Positions 22,846-32,261 of a DNA stretch of 64,000 nucleotides are shown here, piece by piece. The notes beneath the pieces are model-generated. The model saw only the letters and a list, made by a program, of their open reading frames with translations. It was not told where the DNA came from and made no database searches. This DNA is from an uncultured Chloroflexia bacterium. GTDB lineage: Bacteria > Chloroflexota > Limnocylindria > Limnocylindrales > CSP1-4. How positions within the stretch are numbered: the stretch's first letter is position 1; every line of letters starts with the position of its first letter. The stretch spans positions 259,414-323,413 of the forward strand of contig CAWIOR010000011.1 of the NCBI GenBank assembly GCA_963837825.1, written 5' to 3'. The translations under genes and the position numbers were made by a program.

Positions 22846-24906
22846 TCAGACGGCCGGCCGGTCTCCGCCGCCTGTCGGGTCGTCGAACGCGCCCGGCTCC
22901 TCGCGCCGGTACGGCGCGTTCACGACGACCGTGTGCGGACGGCCCAGGAGGACCGTCCGCAGCCGCTTGGCCGACTGGTTGTAGAGGATCCGCTCCCACC
23001 AGTGGCGGGCGACGTACTCCGGGATCACGACGAACGTGATCGGCTCCTCCTTGTCGGGCGGCCAGGCCCGGTCGAGCACGTCGAGATAGGCGAGCAGCGG
23101 TCCGACGAGCGCCCGATAGGGCGACTCGACGAGGACCAGGGGGACGCCCGGCACCTGTCGCTCCCACGTCTTCCGCATCCGGGCGGCCTCGTCGGGATCT
23201 TCCGAGATGTAGACCGCCCGGACGTCGTCACTGATCGAGCGGGCCACGTTGATCGCCTGGACGACGGAACGGTTGAGGCCCGGGACCGGGACGACCGCGC
23301 GCTCCTCGCGATGCGGCAGCTGGACGACGAAGTCGGGTCGGACGGCGATCTGGGCGGACGACGCGGCGTACTGGCGGCGGATGAACAGGAACATCCCGAC
23401 CTGGACGGGGATGAGGATCACCACCAGGTAGGCGCCGTCGACGAACTTGACCGACAGGACGACCGCCAGGACGACGAGGGTGAGCGCCCCTCCGAAGGCG
23501 TTCACGGCGGCCCGCCAGTGCCAGCCGCTCTCGCGGACCTTGAACCAGTGGCGGACCATCCCGATCTGGGACAGGGTGAAGCACACGAACACCCCGACCG
23601 AGTAGAGCGGGATCAGGGCATGGGTGTCGCCGTTGAACGCGAACAGCAGCCCGAACGCGATCGCCGCCAGCAGGATGATCCCCCACGAGTAGGCCAGGCG
23701 GTCGCCGCGGAAGCTGAACTGGCGGGGCATGTAGCCGTCCGACGCCAGGATCGCCGCCAGTCGGGGGAAGGCGTTGAAGCTGGTGTTCGCGGCCAGGAAC
23801 AGGATGAGCGCGGTGCTCAGCTGGAAGGCGACGAACAGCGGGCTGCCGGCGCCGAACGCCGTCGACGCGACGAGGGCCACCACGGTCGGCCCGCCGGTGT
23901 TGTCGGCCGACGGGATGATCGCGAAGGCGTGGGCGACGATGGTGATCCCGATGAAGATGATCCCGAGGAGCAGCGCCATCGCGGTCATCGTGTTGGCCGC
24001 GTTCTTCGATTCCGGCGGCTTGAAGGCCGGGACGCCGTTGGCGATCGCCTCCACCCCGGTCAACGCGACCGACCCCCCGGCGAACGCCTTGAGCAGCACG
24101 AACAGGCCCAGCGCGTCGGTGCCGAGCGCGGCCGCCTCCGGCTGGGGCGCGATCGGCGTGGCCGTCCCGGACAGGATCCGACCGAGCCCGACCGCGACGA
24201 TGGCCAGGGCCAGCCCGACGAAGACATAGGTCGGGACGGCGAAGATGTTGCCCGACTCGCGCAGCCCGCGAAGGTTGCCGATCGTGATCAGGCTGATCGA
24301 GACGAAGGCGATCTCGATCCGGTAGTCGTAGGCGACCGGCAGGATGGACTGGATCTGCTGGATGGCCGACGCGGTCGAGACCGCGACCGTCATGACGTAG
24401 TCGATGAGCAGCGCCGCCGCGGCGATCAGGCCGAAGATCGGGGCGAGGTTCTCGCGCGCGACGGCGTACGCTCCGCCACCGTTCGGATAGGCCCGGCAGA
24501 CCTGCCGGTAGGACAGCGAGACGACGGTCAGCAGGATGGCGATCGCGATCGACACGCCGATCGAGTAGGTCAGCGCGCCGGCCGCGGCGGACACGATCAG
24601 CACGCGCAGGATCTCCTCGGTCGCGTAGGCCGACGACGAGATCGCGTCCGAGCTGAAGATGGCCAGCGCCTTGCGCTTCGACAGGCGCTCCCCGATCTCC
24701 TCCTCCATCGCGAGCGGTCGCCCGAAGACGATCGCCCGTGCCCGGGCAAGAGCGCGCCCGGCGCGGGTGAGGGGTCGGCTGGCGGCCTCCTTGGCCACGA
24801 GTTGGCCGGGGCCCGTGTAGCGGAAGTACGGCGTGTGTGGGCGAGCCACGCGGACCCGGCGATCGGCAAGCTTGCGACCCGTCAGCGGGCGTCGACCGCC
24901 GATCAT
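22846..24906 (-). CDS. APC-superfamily transporter with a ~200-aa cytoplasmic C-terminal domain, KimA (YdaO)-like putative K+/H+ symporter (often annotated as amino acid permease)
   Basis: FGRPLAMEEEIGERLSKRKALAIFSSDAISSSAYATEEIL...YRQVCRAYPNGGGAYAV... plus C-terminal ...SPYRALVGPLLAYL...HWWERILYNQSA.... This resembles B. subtilis KimA as I recall it. Confidence 0.7.
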   Translation of the reverse strand: MIGGRRPLTGRKLADRRVRVARPHTPYFRYTGPGQLVAKEAASRPLTRAGRALARARAIVFGRPLAMEEEIGERLSKRKALAIFSSDAISSSAYATEEILRVLIVSAAAGALTYSIGVSIAIAILLTVVSLSYRQVCRAYPNGGGAYAVARENLAPIFGLIAAAALLIDYVMTVAVSTASAIQQIQSILPVAYDYRIEIAFVSISLITIGNLRGLRESGNIFAVPTYVFVGLALAIVAVGLGRILSGTATPIAPQPEAAALGTDALGLFVLLKAFAGGSVALTGVEAIANGVPAFKPPESKNAANTMTAMALLLGIIFIGITIVAHAFAIIPSADNTGGPTVVALVASTAFGAGSPLFVAFQLSTALILFLAANTSFNAFPRLAAILASDGYMPRQFSFRGDRLAYSWGIILLAAIAFGLLFAFNGDTHALIPLYSVGVFVCFTLSQIGMVRHWFKVRESGWHWRAAVNAFGGALTLVVLAVVLSVKFVDGAYLVVILIPVQVGMFLFIRRQYAASSAQIAVRPDFVVQLPHREERAVVPVPGLNRSVVQAINVARSISDDVRAVYISEDPDEAARMRKTWERQVPGVPLVLVESPYRALVGPLLAYLDVLDRAWPPDKEEPITFVVIPEYVARHWWERILYNQSAKRLRTVLLGRPHTVVVNAPYRREEPGAFDDPTGGGDRPAV

Positions 24907-24981
24907 CGCCCGCTGATCTTCCCGCTGGAGCTCACGATCCCTCCGATCCGGTCCCGCCCGCGCGACAGGCTACCATCCCCT

Positions 24982-25728
24982 TCAGAGGCCATGGCTGAGT
25001 CGCTCCACGAGGCGGTCGGGCAGCTTCAGGCGGCGCATCGCCGCCTGGGTCGCGGCGATGTCGTAGGCGACCCGATGCCAGGCCAGCGTCGCCCGCCCGG
25101 GCTCGAGGCCGAGGACGAGGGCGCTCGCCCGCGGGTCGCCATCCCGCGGCTGGCCGACGCTTCCGGGATTGGCCAGCAGCCGGCGACCGTCGAGGGTCAG
25201 GACCGAACCGTCCGACGGGCTGAGCATCTCGACCAGGCCGTCCTCGTCGCGGAAGACCGATGGCAGGTGGGTGTGGCCGTGGAGGCCCCACAGCGTGTCG
25301 AGCGCCTCGATGTTGCGGCGGGCGACCGGGGCGGTCGTGATGTACTCCCAGATCGGATCGCGGGGGCTGCCGTGGACGAGCGTGAAGTCGCCGTCCGTCA
25401 GGCGCTCCGGGAGCGCCTCGAGCCAGCGGCGGGTCGTCGGGCCGATCGCCGTCCTGGTCCACTCCATCGCTCGCCGGGCGTCCGTGTTGAAGTGTTCGAT
25501 CTCCGGACCGCCCAGCGCGGCGGCGTCGTGGTTGCCGCGAACGCCGACGGCGGCCCGCTCGCGCAGCCGGTCGACGACCGCGTCGGGCTCCGGCCCGTAA
25601 CCGACGATGTCGCCGAGGTGCCACACGGCATCGACCGCGCCGATCGCGGCGAGGACGGCGTCCAGGGCGACGAGGTTGGCGTGGATGTCCGACAGGACCG
25701 CGATCCGCACCTCCAGAGTTTCCGACAC
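24982..25728 (-). CDS. Metallophosphoesterase family protein
   Basis: IAVLSDIHAN...WHLGDIVGYGPEP...RGNHD...GHTH are calcineurin-like phosphoesterase motifs. Confidence 0.85.
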   Translation of the reverse strand: MSETLEVRIAVLSDIHANLVALDAVLAAIGAVDAVWHLGDIVGYGPEPDAVVDRLRERAAVGVRGNHDAAALGGPEIEHFNTDARRAMEWTRTAIGPTTRRWLEALPERLTDGDFTLVHGSPRDPIWEYITTAPVARRNIEALDTLWGLHGHTHLPSVFRDEDGLVEMLSPSDGSVLTLDGRRLLANPGSVGQPRDGDPRASALVLGLEPGRATLAWHRVAYDIAATQAAMRRLKLPDRLVERLSHGL

Positions 25729-25787
25729 TTCGTCGCCTCGCGGCGGGCCGTTCCGGCGGTGGCGGTCGGCCGCCCCGACGCGATCGG

Positions 25788-26567
25788 TCAGAGCGGACGA
25801 CGCCGGCGGACCGCCGGCTCCCTCGGATAGGCGTCCGGTGTCGGGCGTTCCTTGGTCACGACCACCAGGACGTGACCGTCCAGGCCGAGCCGCGGATCGA
25901 CCGGGAGGACCGTCGGCCGCCCGCCGCCGAGGCGCTCGAGGGCAGGTCCTGCCGCGGTCAGCTCGGCGCCGACGTCGTCGCGCTTCCAGGCGACGAGGGA
26001 TCCGCCCCGGGCCAGGAGGGGCAGCCCGAGCTCAGCCAGCTCGGCGAGGTCGCCGACCGCCCTGGCCACGACCGCCGGCCAGCGCCCGCGATGGCGTCCG
26101 TCGGTCGCCAGGTCCTCGGCCCGGCCGCCGAAGGCCTCGGCGACGCCAGCCAGCCCGACCGCCGTCGTGGCCGTCTCGAGGAAGCGCGCCTTCTTGCCGA
26201 TGCTTTCGACGAGGAGTGCCCGTCGGGCGGGCACGGCGGCCGCGAGCGGCAGGCCGGGGAACCCGCCGCCGCTCCCGAGGTCGACGAACGCATCGATCCG
26301 ACGCGCGCGGAGGAGGTGGGTGGCCGACAGGCTGTCGAGGACGTGGCGGCGGATCGCCTCGACCGGATCTCGGACGGCCGTCAGGTTGATCGCGACGTTC
26401 CAGGCGAGCAGCAGGCGGAGATGGTCCTCGATCGCCCGTCTTGCGTCCGGCGCCAGGTCCTCGAGACCCAGGATCCGGAGCCCACGGTCGAGGACGACGA
26501 GCGCCTCGGGAGGGAGGTCCGGAAGGTCCTCGACGCGCGACGGGAGCGGTTCGCGAGGGCGATCCAC
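25788..26567 (-). CDS. rsmG: 16S rRNA (guanine527-N7)-methyltransferase
   Basis: From GTG 26567 (AGGAGG just upstream) in ORF 25788..26708: ...LLLAWNVAINLTAVRDP...HVLDSL...FVDLGSGGGFPGLPLA... Confidence 0.85.
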   Translation of the reverse strand: MDRPREPLPSRVEDLPDLPPEALVVLDRGLRILGLEDLAPDARRAIEDHLRLLLAWNVAINLTAVRDPVEAIRRHVLDSLSATHLLRARRIDAFVDLGSGGGFPGLPLAAAVPARRALLVESIGKKARFLETATTAVGLAGVAEAFGGRAEDLATDGRHRGRWPAVVARAVGDLAELAELGLPLLARGGSLVAWKRDDVGAELTAAGPALERLGGGRPTVLPVDPRLGLDGHVLVVVTKERPTPDAYPREPAVRRRRPL

Positions 26568-26747
26568 GAGCCTCCTAGACGGTGGGGGCGTGGACCGGCC
26601 GCGAGCCGCTCCCGGCGTCGGACGTGCTGGCGCGCCACGACGGGCCGTTCGGTCTTCCGCAGCTCGTCCGGTTCCGGCCCCGGTCTCCCGGCACCCCTCG
26701 CGAGCCACGTTACCCTGCGCTCCGCCGTGTCGTGCGGATGCCGGACG

Positions 26748-27110
26748 CTACGGGACCGGCGTCCCGAAGTCAACGCGGTTATCCACGAACCTCGAACGGC
26801 GGTCCAGCTTGGTGGATAAGTCGGCTGGATGTCGACGCCGCGGCGGGTCCGCCCGACGCCGAGCGGCCGTCAGGCCGGACCGGGCGGATCGGTCCTCGAC
26901 AGCGCTCCGTCGATCGCCCGCAGGCGGACCGCACGGACGGGCTCCGGCTCCGGAGACCGCGGAGCGTCGCGGGTCCCGGACGGGCGTCTCGAGGGCCACC
27001 GGGCGGCTCGAGGAGCGGATCGCGCGCAGGACGGCGGCCTCCTCGAGGAGGACTTCCTCGTCCGCCAGGGCGCGCTCGAGGACCGACGCGATCGACTCAT
27101 CGCCGATCAC
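26748..27110 (-). CDS. Possible small hypothetical protein coupled to the histidine kinase; the 3' extent is doubtful
   Basis: The first ~50 codons (VIGDESIASVLERALADEEVLLEEAAVLRAIRSS...) have high GC3 and the start overlaps the HK stop. The tail loses GC3 bias and contains the DnaA boxes. Confidence 0.3.
   Translation of the reverse strand: MIGDESIASVLERALADEEVLLEEAAVLRAIRSSSRPVALETPVRDPRRSAVSGAGARPCGPPAGDRRSAVEDRSARSGLTAARRRADPPRRRHPADLSTKLDRRSRFVDNRVDFGTPVP
26779..26819. promoter_or_regulatory. Pair of inverted consensus-like DnaA boxes (TTATCCACG at 26779-87; reverse complement TTATCCACC at 26811-19)
   Basis: Two 8/9 matches to TTATCCACA, 23 nt apart, ~210-250 nt upstream of rsmG. AT-rich 8-mers are rare in this GC-rich sequence. 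Confidence 0.4.
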
Positions 27111-28497
27111 GGCCGGGCCCGAGCAGGACGAGGACGAAGCTCGAGCCCGAGTCCGGCACGGAGGCGACGGCCAGGTCGCCGCCCATCGCCCGGGCGAGGT
27201 CGCGGGCGATGGCCAGGCCCAGGCCGGTCCCGCCCACCGTCGAGTCGGCGTCCACCCGGTAGAAGCGCTCGAAGATCAGCCCCCGGTCCTCGGCGGCGAT
27301 GCCCGGGCCGTCGTCGCGGACGGCCAGCACCGCGAACGACCCGTCGAACGAGCCGGCCAGCTCGACGTGGCCGCCCTCCGGCGTGAACTTCAGGGCATTG
27401 CCGAGGAGGTTCGTCAGGACCCGCTGGACCTCGCGCCGGTCCCCGGTCGCGGCCCGCATCCGGGGCGGCAGGTCCGAGCGGAGGTCGATCCTGCGCTCGA
27501 GGGCGAGCGGCGCCAGCGCGGCGATGACCCGGGCGCCGACCTCGGCGACCGAGAACGGCCGGAGGTCGAGGCGGAGGTTGCCGGCGTCGAGCCGGGAGAG
27601 CTCCAGGAGGTCGCCGACGAGGTCGCCCATCGTGTCGACGATCGACCGGCTGCGCTCGATGAACTCGCGCTCGACGGCCGGGTCCTCGACCTTCCCGTCG
27701 GCGATGAGGTCGAGGTAGCCGCTCAGGCCGGTGAGCGGCGTCCGGAGGTCATGGGCGACCGTCGCGACGAACCGCTCGCGCTCGGCGTCGCGGCCGCGGA
27801 GGGCGTCGAGCTCGGCGGCCTGGGCCAGCTGCTCGGTGACCAGGGCGAGCACGACGGCGGCATGGCGGGCCAGCGTCGGCGGCAGCCGCTCGGCCAGGGC
27901 CAGGACGCCGTCCTCGTCGGTCATCTCGAAGCCGAGGACGACGTGACCCGTGCTCGGGATCTCGATCAGGGCGAACCGGGCGTCGGGCGGCAGGCGGTGG
28001 ATCGGAGCGGCGACCGCCAGCGTCCCCGGGGTCTCGACCTCGTCGTCACCCGGGATCTCCGGGTCCCCTGCGGCCGCTGGATCCGCCAGGCGGGCGAACA
28101 TGATCGGGGCGCGCCCGGAGGCGGCTCGATCGGCGCGGCTGCGGGGCGCCTCGGCGTCGAGCCAGGCCGCCAGCGACCGGGCGTCCGGGTCGTCCTCGTG
28201 CGGGCCGATCGAGACCGCCACGCGCCGCTCGGGCGATCCGGACAGGACGGCGGCCCGACGGGCGCCGACGGTCCTGGCCAGGAGCTCGAGCAGGCCGGCC
28301 AGGCGCGTCTCGGCCGGACCGTCCGCCACGAGAACGTCGAGGGCGCGCGCGAGCAGAGCCGCCTCTTCGTGTGCGAGGCGGTCCTCCCGCCGGCGCGACC
28401 GCTGCCGGCGTTCGACATATGGACCCGGCGCCCCGACGGTCGGCGTCCGGGTGGGCACGCGGACGAGCGGTGGATAGCGATCGGCCATCGGGCGCAT
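27097..28497 (-). CDS. Sensor histidine kinase (cytoplasmic, GAF-like N-terminal region), no cognate response regulator nearby
   Basis: H-box VAHDLRTPLTGLSGYLDL, N-box LTNLLGNALKF, G-boxes DDGPGI and GTGLGLAIA. No TM segments are evident. Confidence 0.88.
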   Translation of the reverse strand: MRPMADRYPPLVRVPTRTPTVGAPGPYVERRQRSRRREDRLAHEEAALLARALDVLVADGPAETRLAGLLELLARTVGARRAAVLSGSPERRVAVSIGPHEDDPDARSLAAWLDAEAPRSRADRAASGRAPIMFARLADPAAAGDPEIPGDDEVETPGTLAVAAPIHRLPPDARFALIEIPSTGHVVLGFEMTDEDGVLALAERLPPTLARHAAVVLALVTEQLAQAAELDALRGRDAERERFVATVAHDLRTPLTGLSGYLDLIADGKVEDPAVEREFIERSRSIVDTMGDLVGDLLELSRLDAGNLRLDLRPFSVAEVGARVIAALAPLALERRIDLRSDLPPRMRAATGDRREVQRVLTNLLGNALKFTPEGGHVELAGSFDGSFAVLAVRDDGPGIAAEDRGLIFERFYRVDADSTVGGTGLGLAIARDLARAMGGDLAVASVPDSGSSFVLVLLGPGRDRR

Positions 28498-28589
28498 CGT
28501 GCCGCGCCCGGTGCATCGGGGAAATCCCCCGTCCGCCGGACCGGACCGCCCCGGAAGTACCCCGACCGGCCGGCCCGACGCGTGGTGGA

Positions 28590-28952
28590 TCAGGCGCCGC
28601 GGGCGGGGCGGACCGGCCGACCGATCGTCCGCCGGACGACGTCGATCACCTCGTCGACGTAGGCGTCCGACTCACCGCGCTCGGCGGCGGTCCGGACGCA
28701 GCCGCGGACGTGGTCCTCGAGGATCATGATCGAGACCGCGTCGACCGCCGCCCGGAGCGCAGCCGTCTGCTGGAGGATGTCGACGCAGTACTCATCCCGC
28801 TCGATCATCCGGGCGATCCCGCGGACCTGCCCCTCGATCCGGCTGAGCCGACGGACGAGCGTCGCCTTGTCCTTGGAGTAGCTGTGTCGGAAGTCGTCGG
28901 GCGTCTCCGCCGGGTGCGCCGATCGCCCGGGTCGGGTCGTCGTGGTCGACAT
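28590..28952 (-). CDS. csoR: CsoR/RcnR/FrmR-family metal-sensing transcriptional repressor
   Basis: ...LVRRLSRIEGQVRGIARMIERDEYCVDILQQTAALRAAVDAV...LEDHVRGC... is DUF156 with C-H-C ligand positions. Confidence 0.85.
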   Translation of the reverse strand: MSTTTTRPGRSAHPAETPDDFRHSYSKDKATLVRRLSRIEGQVRGIARMIERDEYCVDILQQTAALRAAVDAVSIMILEDHVRGCVRTAAERGESDAYVDEVIDVVRRTIGRPVRPARGA

Positions 28953-29003
28953 CGTGGTCTCGTGCTCGGTCGCCGTGGACGCGCTTCGTCCACCCGCGAC
29001 ATC

Positions 29004-29020
29004 ATACTCCCTATCAGTAT
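29004..29020. promoter_or_regulatory. Candidate CsoR operator: inverted repeat ATACT-ccctatc-AGTAT
   Basis: A 5-bp-arm palindrome 52 nt upstream of the csoR start. It loosely resembles ATACCCC..GGGGTAT-type CsoR sites. A GGGGTATC lies nearby at 29035-42. Confidence 0.3.
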
Positions 29021-29155
29021 CCGCGATCCGGGGCGGGGTATCGTCGCGCGGATCCGACCCCGCCGGGGCGACCGGTCGTCCGGCGGTGGGCTAGACTGCG
29101 TTTCGATGGATCCCCGCGACCGGCCGAACCTGACTCCGGCCGAACGGACGGCTGC

Positions 29156-29776
29156 GTGAGCGACGCTCGGTCGGTCGGCTCGGAACCGTCCGGCAGTCCG
29201 GCCTCCGAGCCGGCCGGCGACGCGGCCCCGGCGTTCGCCCACGCCAGCGAGGCGGAGCTGTCCCGGATCCTCGACTTCTATCAGGTCCGCTGGGAGTACG
29301 AGCCACACGTCTTCCCGATCCTGTGGAACACCGACGGCGACGTCCTCGAGAGCTTCGCCCCGGACTTCTATCTGCCGGATCTCGACCTGTACGTGGAGAT
29401 GACCACGCTGCGCCAGAAGCTGGTCCGCAAGAAGAACCGGAAGCTGCGGCGCCTGCGCGAGCTCTACCCGGACGTCCGGATCAAGCTGTTCTACGCTCGG
29501 GACTTCCGGGCGCTGATGCTCAAGTACGGTCGGCTCGCCCTCGCCGAGGGGCTGTCCGGGACCTCCGGCCAGGTCACCCCCGAGCGCCCCTACGAGGAGC
29601 TCCTGGCCGGGTCGCTGGAGCCGTCGATCGACGCCCGCGAGGCCGACCTCGACCCGCCGGCCCAGCGCCTGCCGGCGGCCTCGGGCGAGCCGATCGCCGC
29701 AGCCCGCCGCCGCCGCCGGCGTCGTTCCGGCCCGGCCCGCCCGTCGACCGAAGCTGAGATCGCCGCCGACCGATGA
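29156..29776 (+). CDS. Hypothetical protein with a restriction-endonuclease-like core motif (FAPDFYLPDLDLYVEMTT) and a disordered basic C-terminus
   Basis: 206-aa ORF (GTG start) whose stop overlaps the hpt start. The motif assignment is only a pattern-level guess. Confidence 0.55.
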   Translation: MSDARSVGSEPSGSPASEPAGDAAPAFAHASEAELSRILDFYQVRWEYEPHVFPILWNTDGDVLESFAPDFYLPDLDLYVEMTTLRQKLVRKKNRKLRRLRELYPDVRIKLFYARDFRALMLKYGRLALAEGLSGTSGQVTPERPYEELLAGSLEPSIDAREADLDPPAQRLPAASGEPIAAARRRRRRRSGPARPSTEAEIAADR

Positions 29777-30339
29777 GCACGCCGATCGACCTCCAGGCCG
29801 ACGTTGCCGAGATCCTCGTCTCCGAGGACGCCATCCAGGCCAGGGTGCGCGAGCTCGGCCAGCGGATCAGCGACGACTACCGCGGGCGGAACCTGACCCT
29901 GGTCAGCGTGCTCAAGGGGTCGCTCCCGTTCATGGCCGACCTGATGCGGGCGATCGACGTCCCGGTCCGGATCGACCTCATGGAGGTCTCGTCGTACGGC
30001 GGCACCGCCACCGAGTCCTCCGGGCTGGTCCGGATCCTGAAGGACCTCTCGGCGAGCATCGACGGGGAGGACGTCCTGCTCGTCGAGGACATCATCGACA
30101 CCGGATTGACCCTGAACTACCTCCTCCGCTACCTGCGCGGCAAGAACCCGGCCTCGCTCCGGATCTGCACCCTGCTCGACAAGCCGGCCCGGCGCCTGGT
30201 GGAGATCCCCGTCGACTACACCGGGTTCACGATCGAGGATCGCTTCGTCGTCGGCTACGGGCTCGATTACGGCGAGCTGTACCGCAACCTGCGCTTCGTG
30301 GGCGTCCTGCGCCCCGAGGTCTACTCCGGCGGAGGCTGA
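29773..30339 (+). CDS. hpt: Hypoxanthine phosphoribosyltransferase
   Basis: ...LVSVLKGSLPFMADL...DVLLVEDIIDTGLTL...LLDKPARR...VGYGLDY... includes the PRTase motif. Confidence 0.93.
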   Translation: MSTPIDLQADVAEILVSEDAIQARVRELGQRISDDYRGRNLTLVSVLKGSLPFMADLMRAIDVPVRIDLMEVSSYGGTATESSGLVRILKDLSASIDGEDVLLVEDIIDTGLTLNYLLRYLRGKNPASLRICTLLDKPARRLVEIPVDYTGFTIEDRFVVGYGLDYGELYRNLRFVGVLRPEVYSGGG

Positions 30340-30348
30340 GGCCGTCCC

Positions 30349-30771
30349 GTGCATCGTCGACCACTCGGCCGGGGCCGCCTGCTGGCGGCGATCGGAGCGC
30401 TGATCGTCCTCGCCGGCTGCGTCCTGCCCTGGTTCGCCGCGACCGGCGGCGACACCGGCCTCACCCCGATCACGACGAACGCCTTCGCGGACAAGGGGAT
30501 CGTCGTGTTCATCTGCGCGCTGCTCGTCCTGGCGCTGGTGACCCTGCCGTACGCCGCCGGGGACAAGCCGGTCGCCATCGACCGGACCCTGTCCTACGCG
30601 ATCGTGCTGGCTGTCGCCGCGGGGGCATTCGCGTGGCGGACGATCGAGTTCATCCTCGTCGACCCGGCCGGCCTCCGGCCGGACCTCGCGCCCGGCCTGT
30701 GGCTGGTGGCGATCGGGCTGGTCTTCCTGGGCCGGGCGACGTACGAGATCTCCGCAGAGCGCCGGATCTAG
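30349..30771 (+). CDS. Hypothetical membrane protein
   Basis: 140 aa with 4 hydrophobic segments and good GC3. Confidence 0.55.
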   Translation: MHRRPLGRGRLLAAIGALIVLAGCVLPWFAATGGDTGLTPITTNAFADKGIVVFICALLVLALVTLPYAAGDKPVAIDRTLSYAIVLAVAAGAFAWRTIEFILVDPAGLRPDLAPGLWLVAIGLVFLGRATYEISAERRI

Positions 30772-31475
30772 CGGTTCGCCCCCGGTGACGGGAGGCGGAG
30801 TTCGACGCCGAACCAGCGACCGTCGACGGCGAACAGGTAGCGGCCCGCCGGCCACAAGGTCGGGATCCGGCCATTCGAGCCCGGCGGCGCATAGATGGCG
30901 ACCAGGGCTTCTTCGAAGTCGGGAGCGATCCGCTCCAGGGCGAGCGGTTCGGCCGACCGGGTCAGGGGATCCATCCGCCACACGCCGACCGAGGCGTCGC
31001 TGACCGGTCGATCCGGCCCCGACAGCGGCGCGCAGTAGCCGAGCTCGAGGATCGAGTCGGCCGTGATCGACACGATCGGGATCGACGGATCCCAGGCGGA
31101 TCGGACCGTGACCGGCACGACGGCCCACCAGATCCGGAGGTCCCGGTCCTGCCACTGCTGGTGGGTGACGACTCGCCAACCGTTCGGGGCGCGGCACTGC
31201 GCGGCGATCGCCTCGCTGCGATCGAGCACAGGCTCGGCGGTCGGCGTCGGCGTCGCGACGGCCGACGGCGACGGACTGGGCGACCGATCCGCCCAACGCG
31301 CCGCCGCCTCTTCGCCCCACGGCTTGACGATGGCCAGGAGGAGGAACCCGGCGAGGAGGACGGCCCCGACCGACAGGAGCGGGGGCTGGGATCCGGTCCG
31401 GACGAGGACCGTCGCGGCGGGAGGTGGGACACCGCCGCCGGGCTCCGGATCCGGTTCGTGCCAGCCGGGACGCAT
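30768..31475 (-). CDS. Hypothetical membrane-anchored protein
   Basis: 235 aa with one N-terminal TM segment (LLSVGAVLLAGFLLLAIV) and a Pro/Ser/Thr linker. No family recognised. Confidence 0.5.
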   Translation of the reverse strand: MRPGWHEPDPEPGGGVPPPAATVLVRTGSQPPLLSVGAVLLAGFLLLAIVKPWGEEAAARWADRSPSPSPSAVATPTPTAEPVLDRSEAIAAQCRAPNGWRVVTHQQWQDRDLRIWWAVVPVTVRSAWDPSIPIVSITADSILELGYCAPLSGPDRPVSDASVGVWRMDPLTRSAEPLALERIAPDFEEALVAIYAPPGSNGRIPTLWPAGRYLFAVDGRWFGVELRLPSPGANR

Positions 31476-31548
31476 CGTTGGCTCGCCCTGGACGCTCCGA
31501 TCCGCCGCGTTGGCAAGACGCGGCGCTCATGCGGCCGCTCGGCGTCGG

Positions 31549-32242
<694 letters not shown>

Positions 32243-32261
<19 letters not shown>

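Noticed and set aside
24907-24981. I expected a c-di-AMP (ydaO/kimA-type) riboswitch upstream of the KimA-like genes. I also checked 55375-55625.
   Set aside because: The first paralog has only ~75 nt of intergenic space, and the space upstream of the second is occupied by the conserved in-frame extension. I could not find the characteristic ydaO core motifs by eye. An Rfam scan would be decisive.
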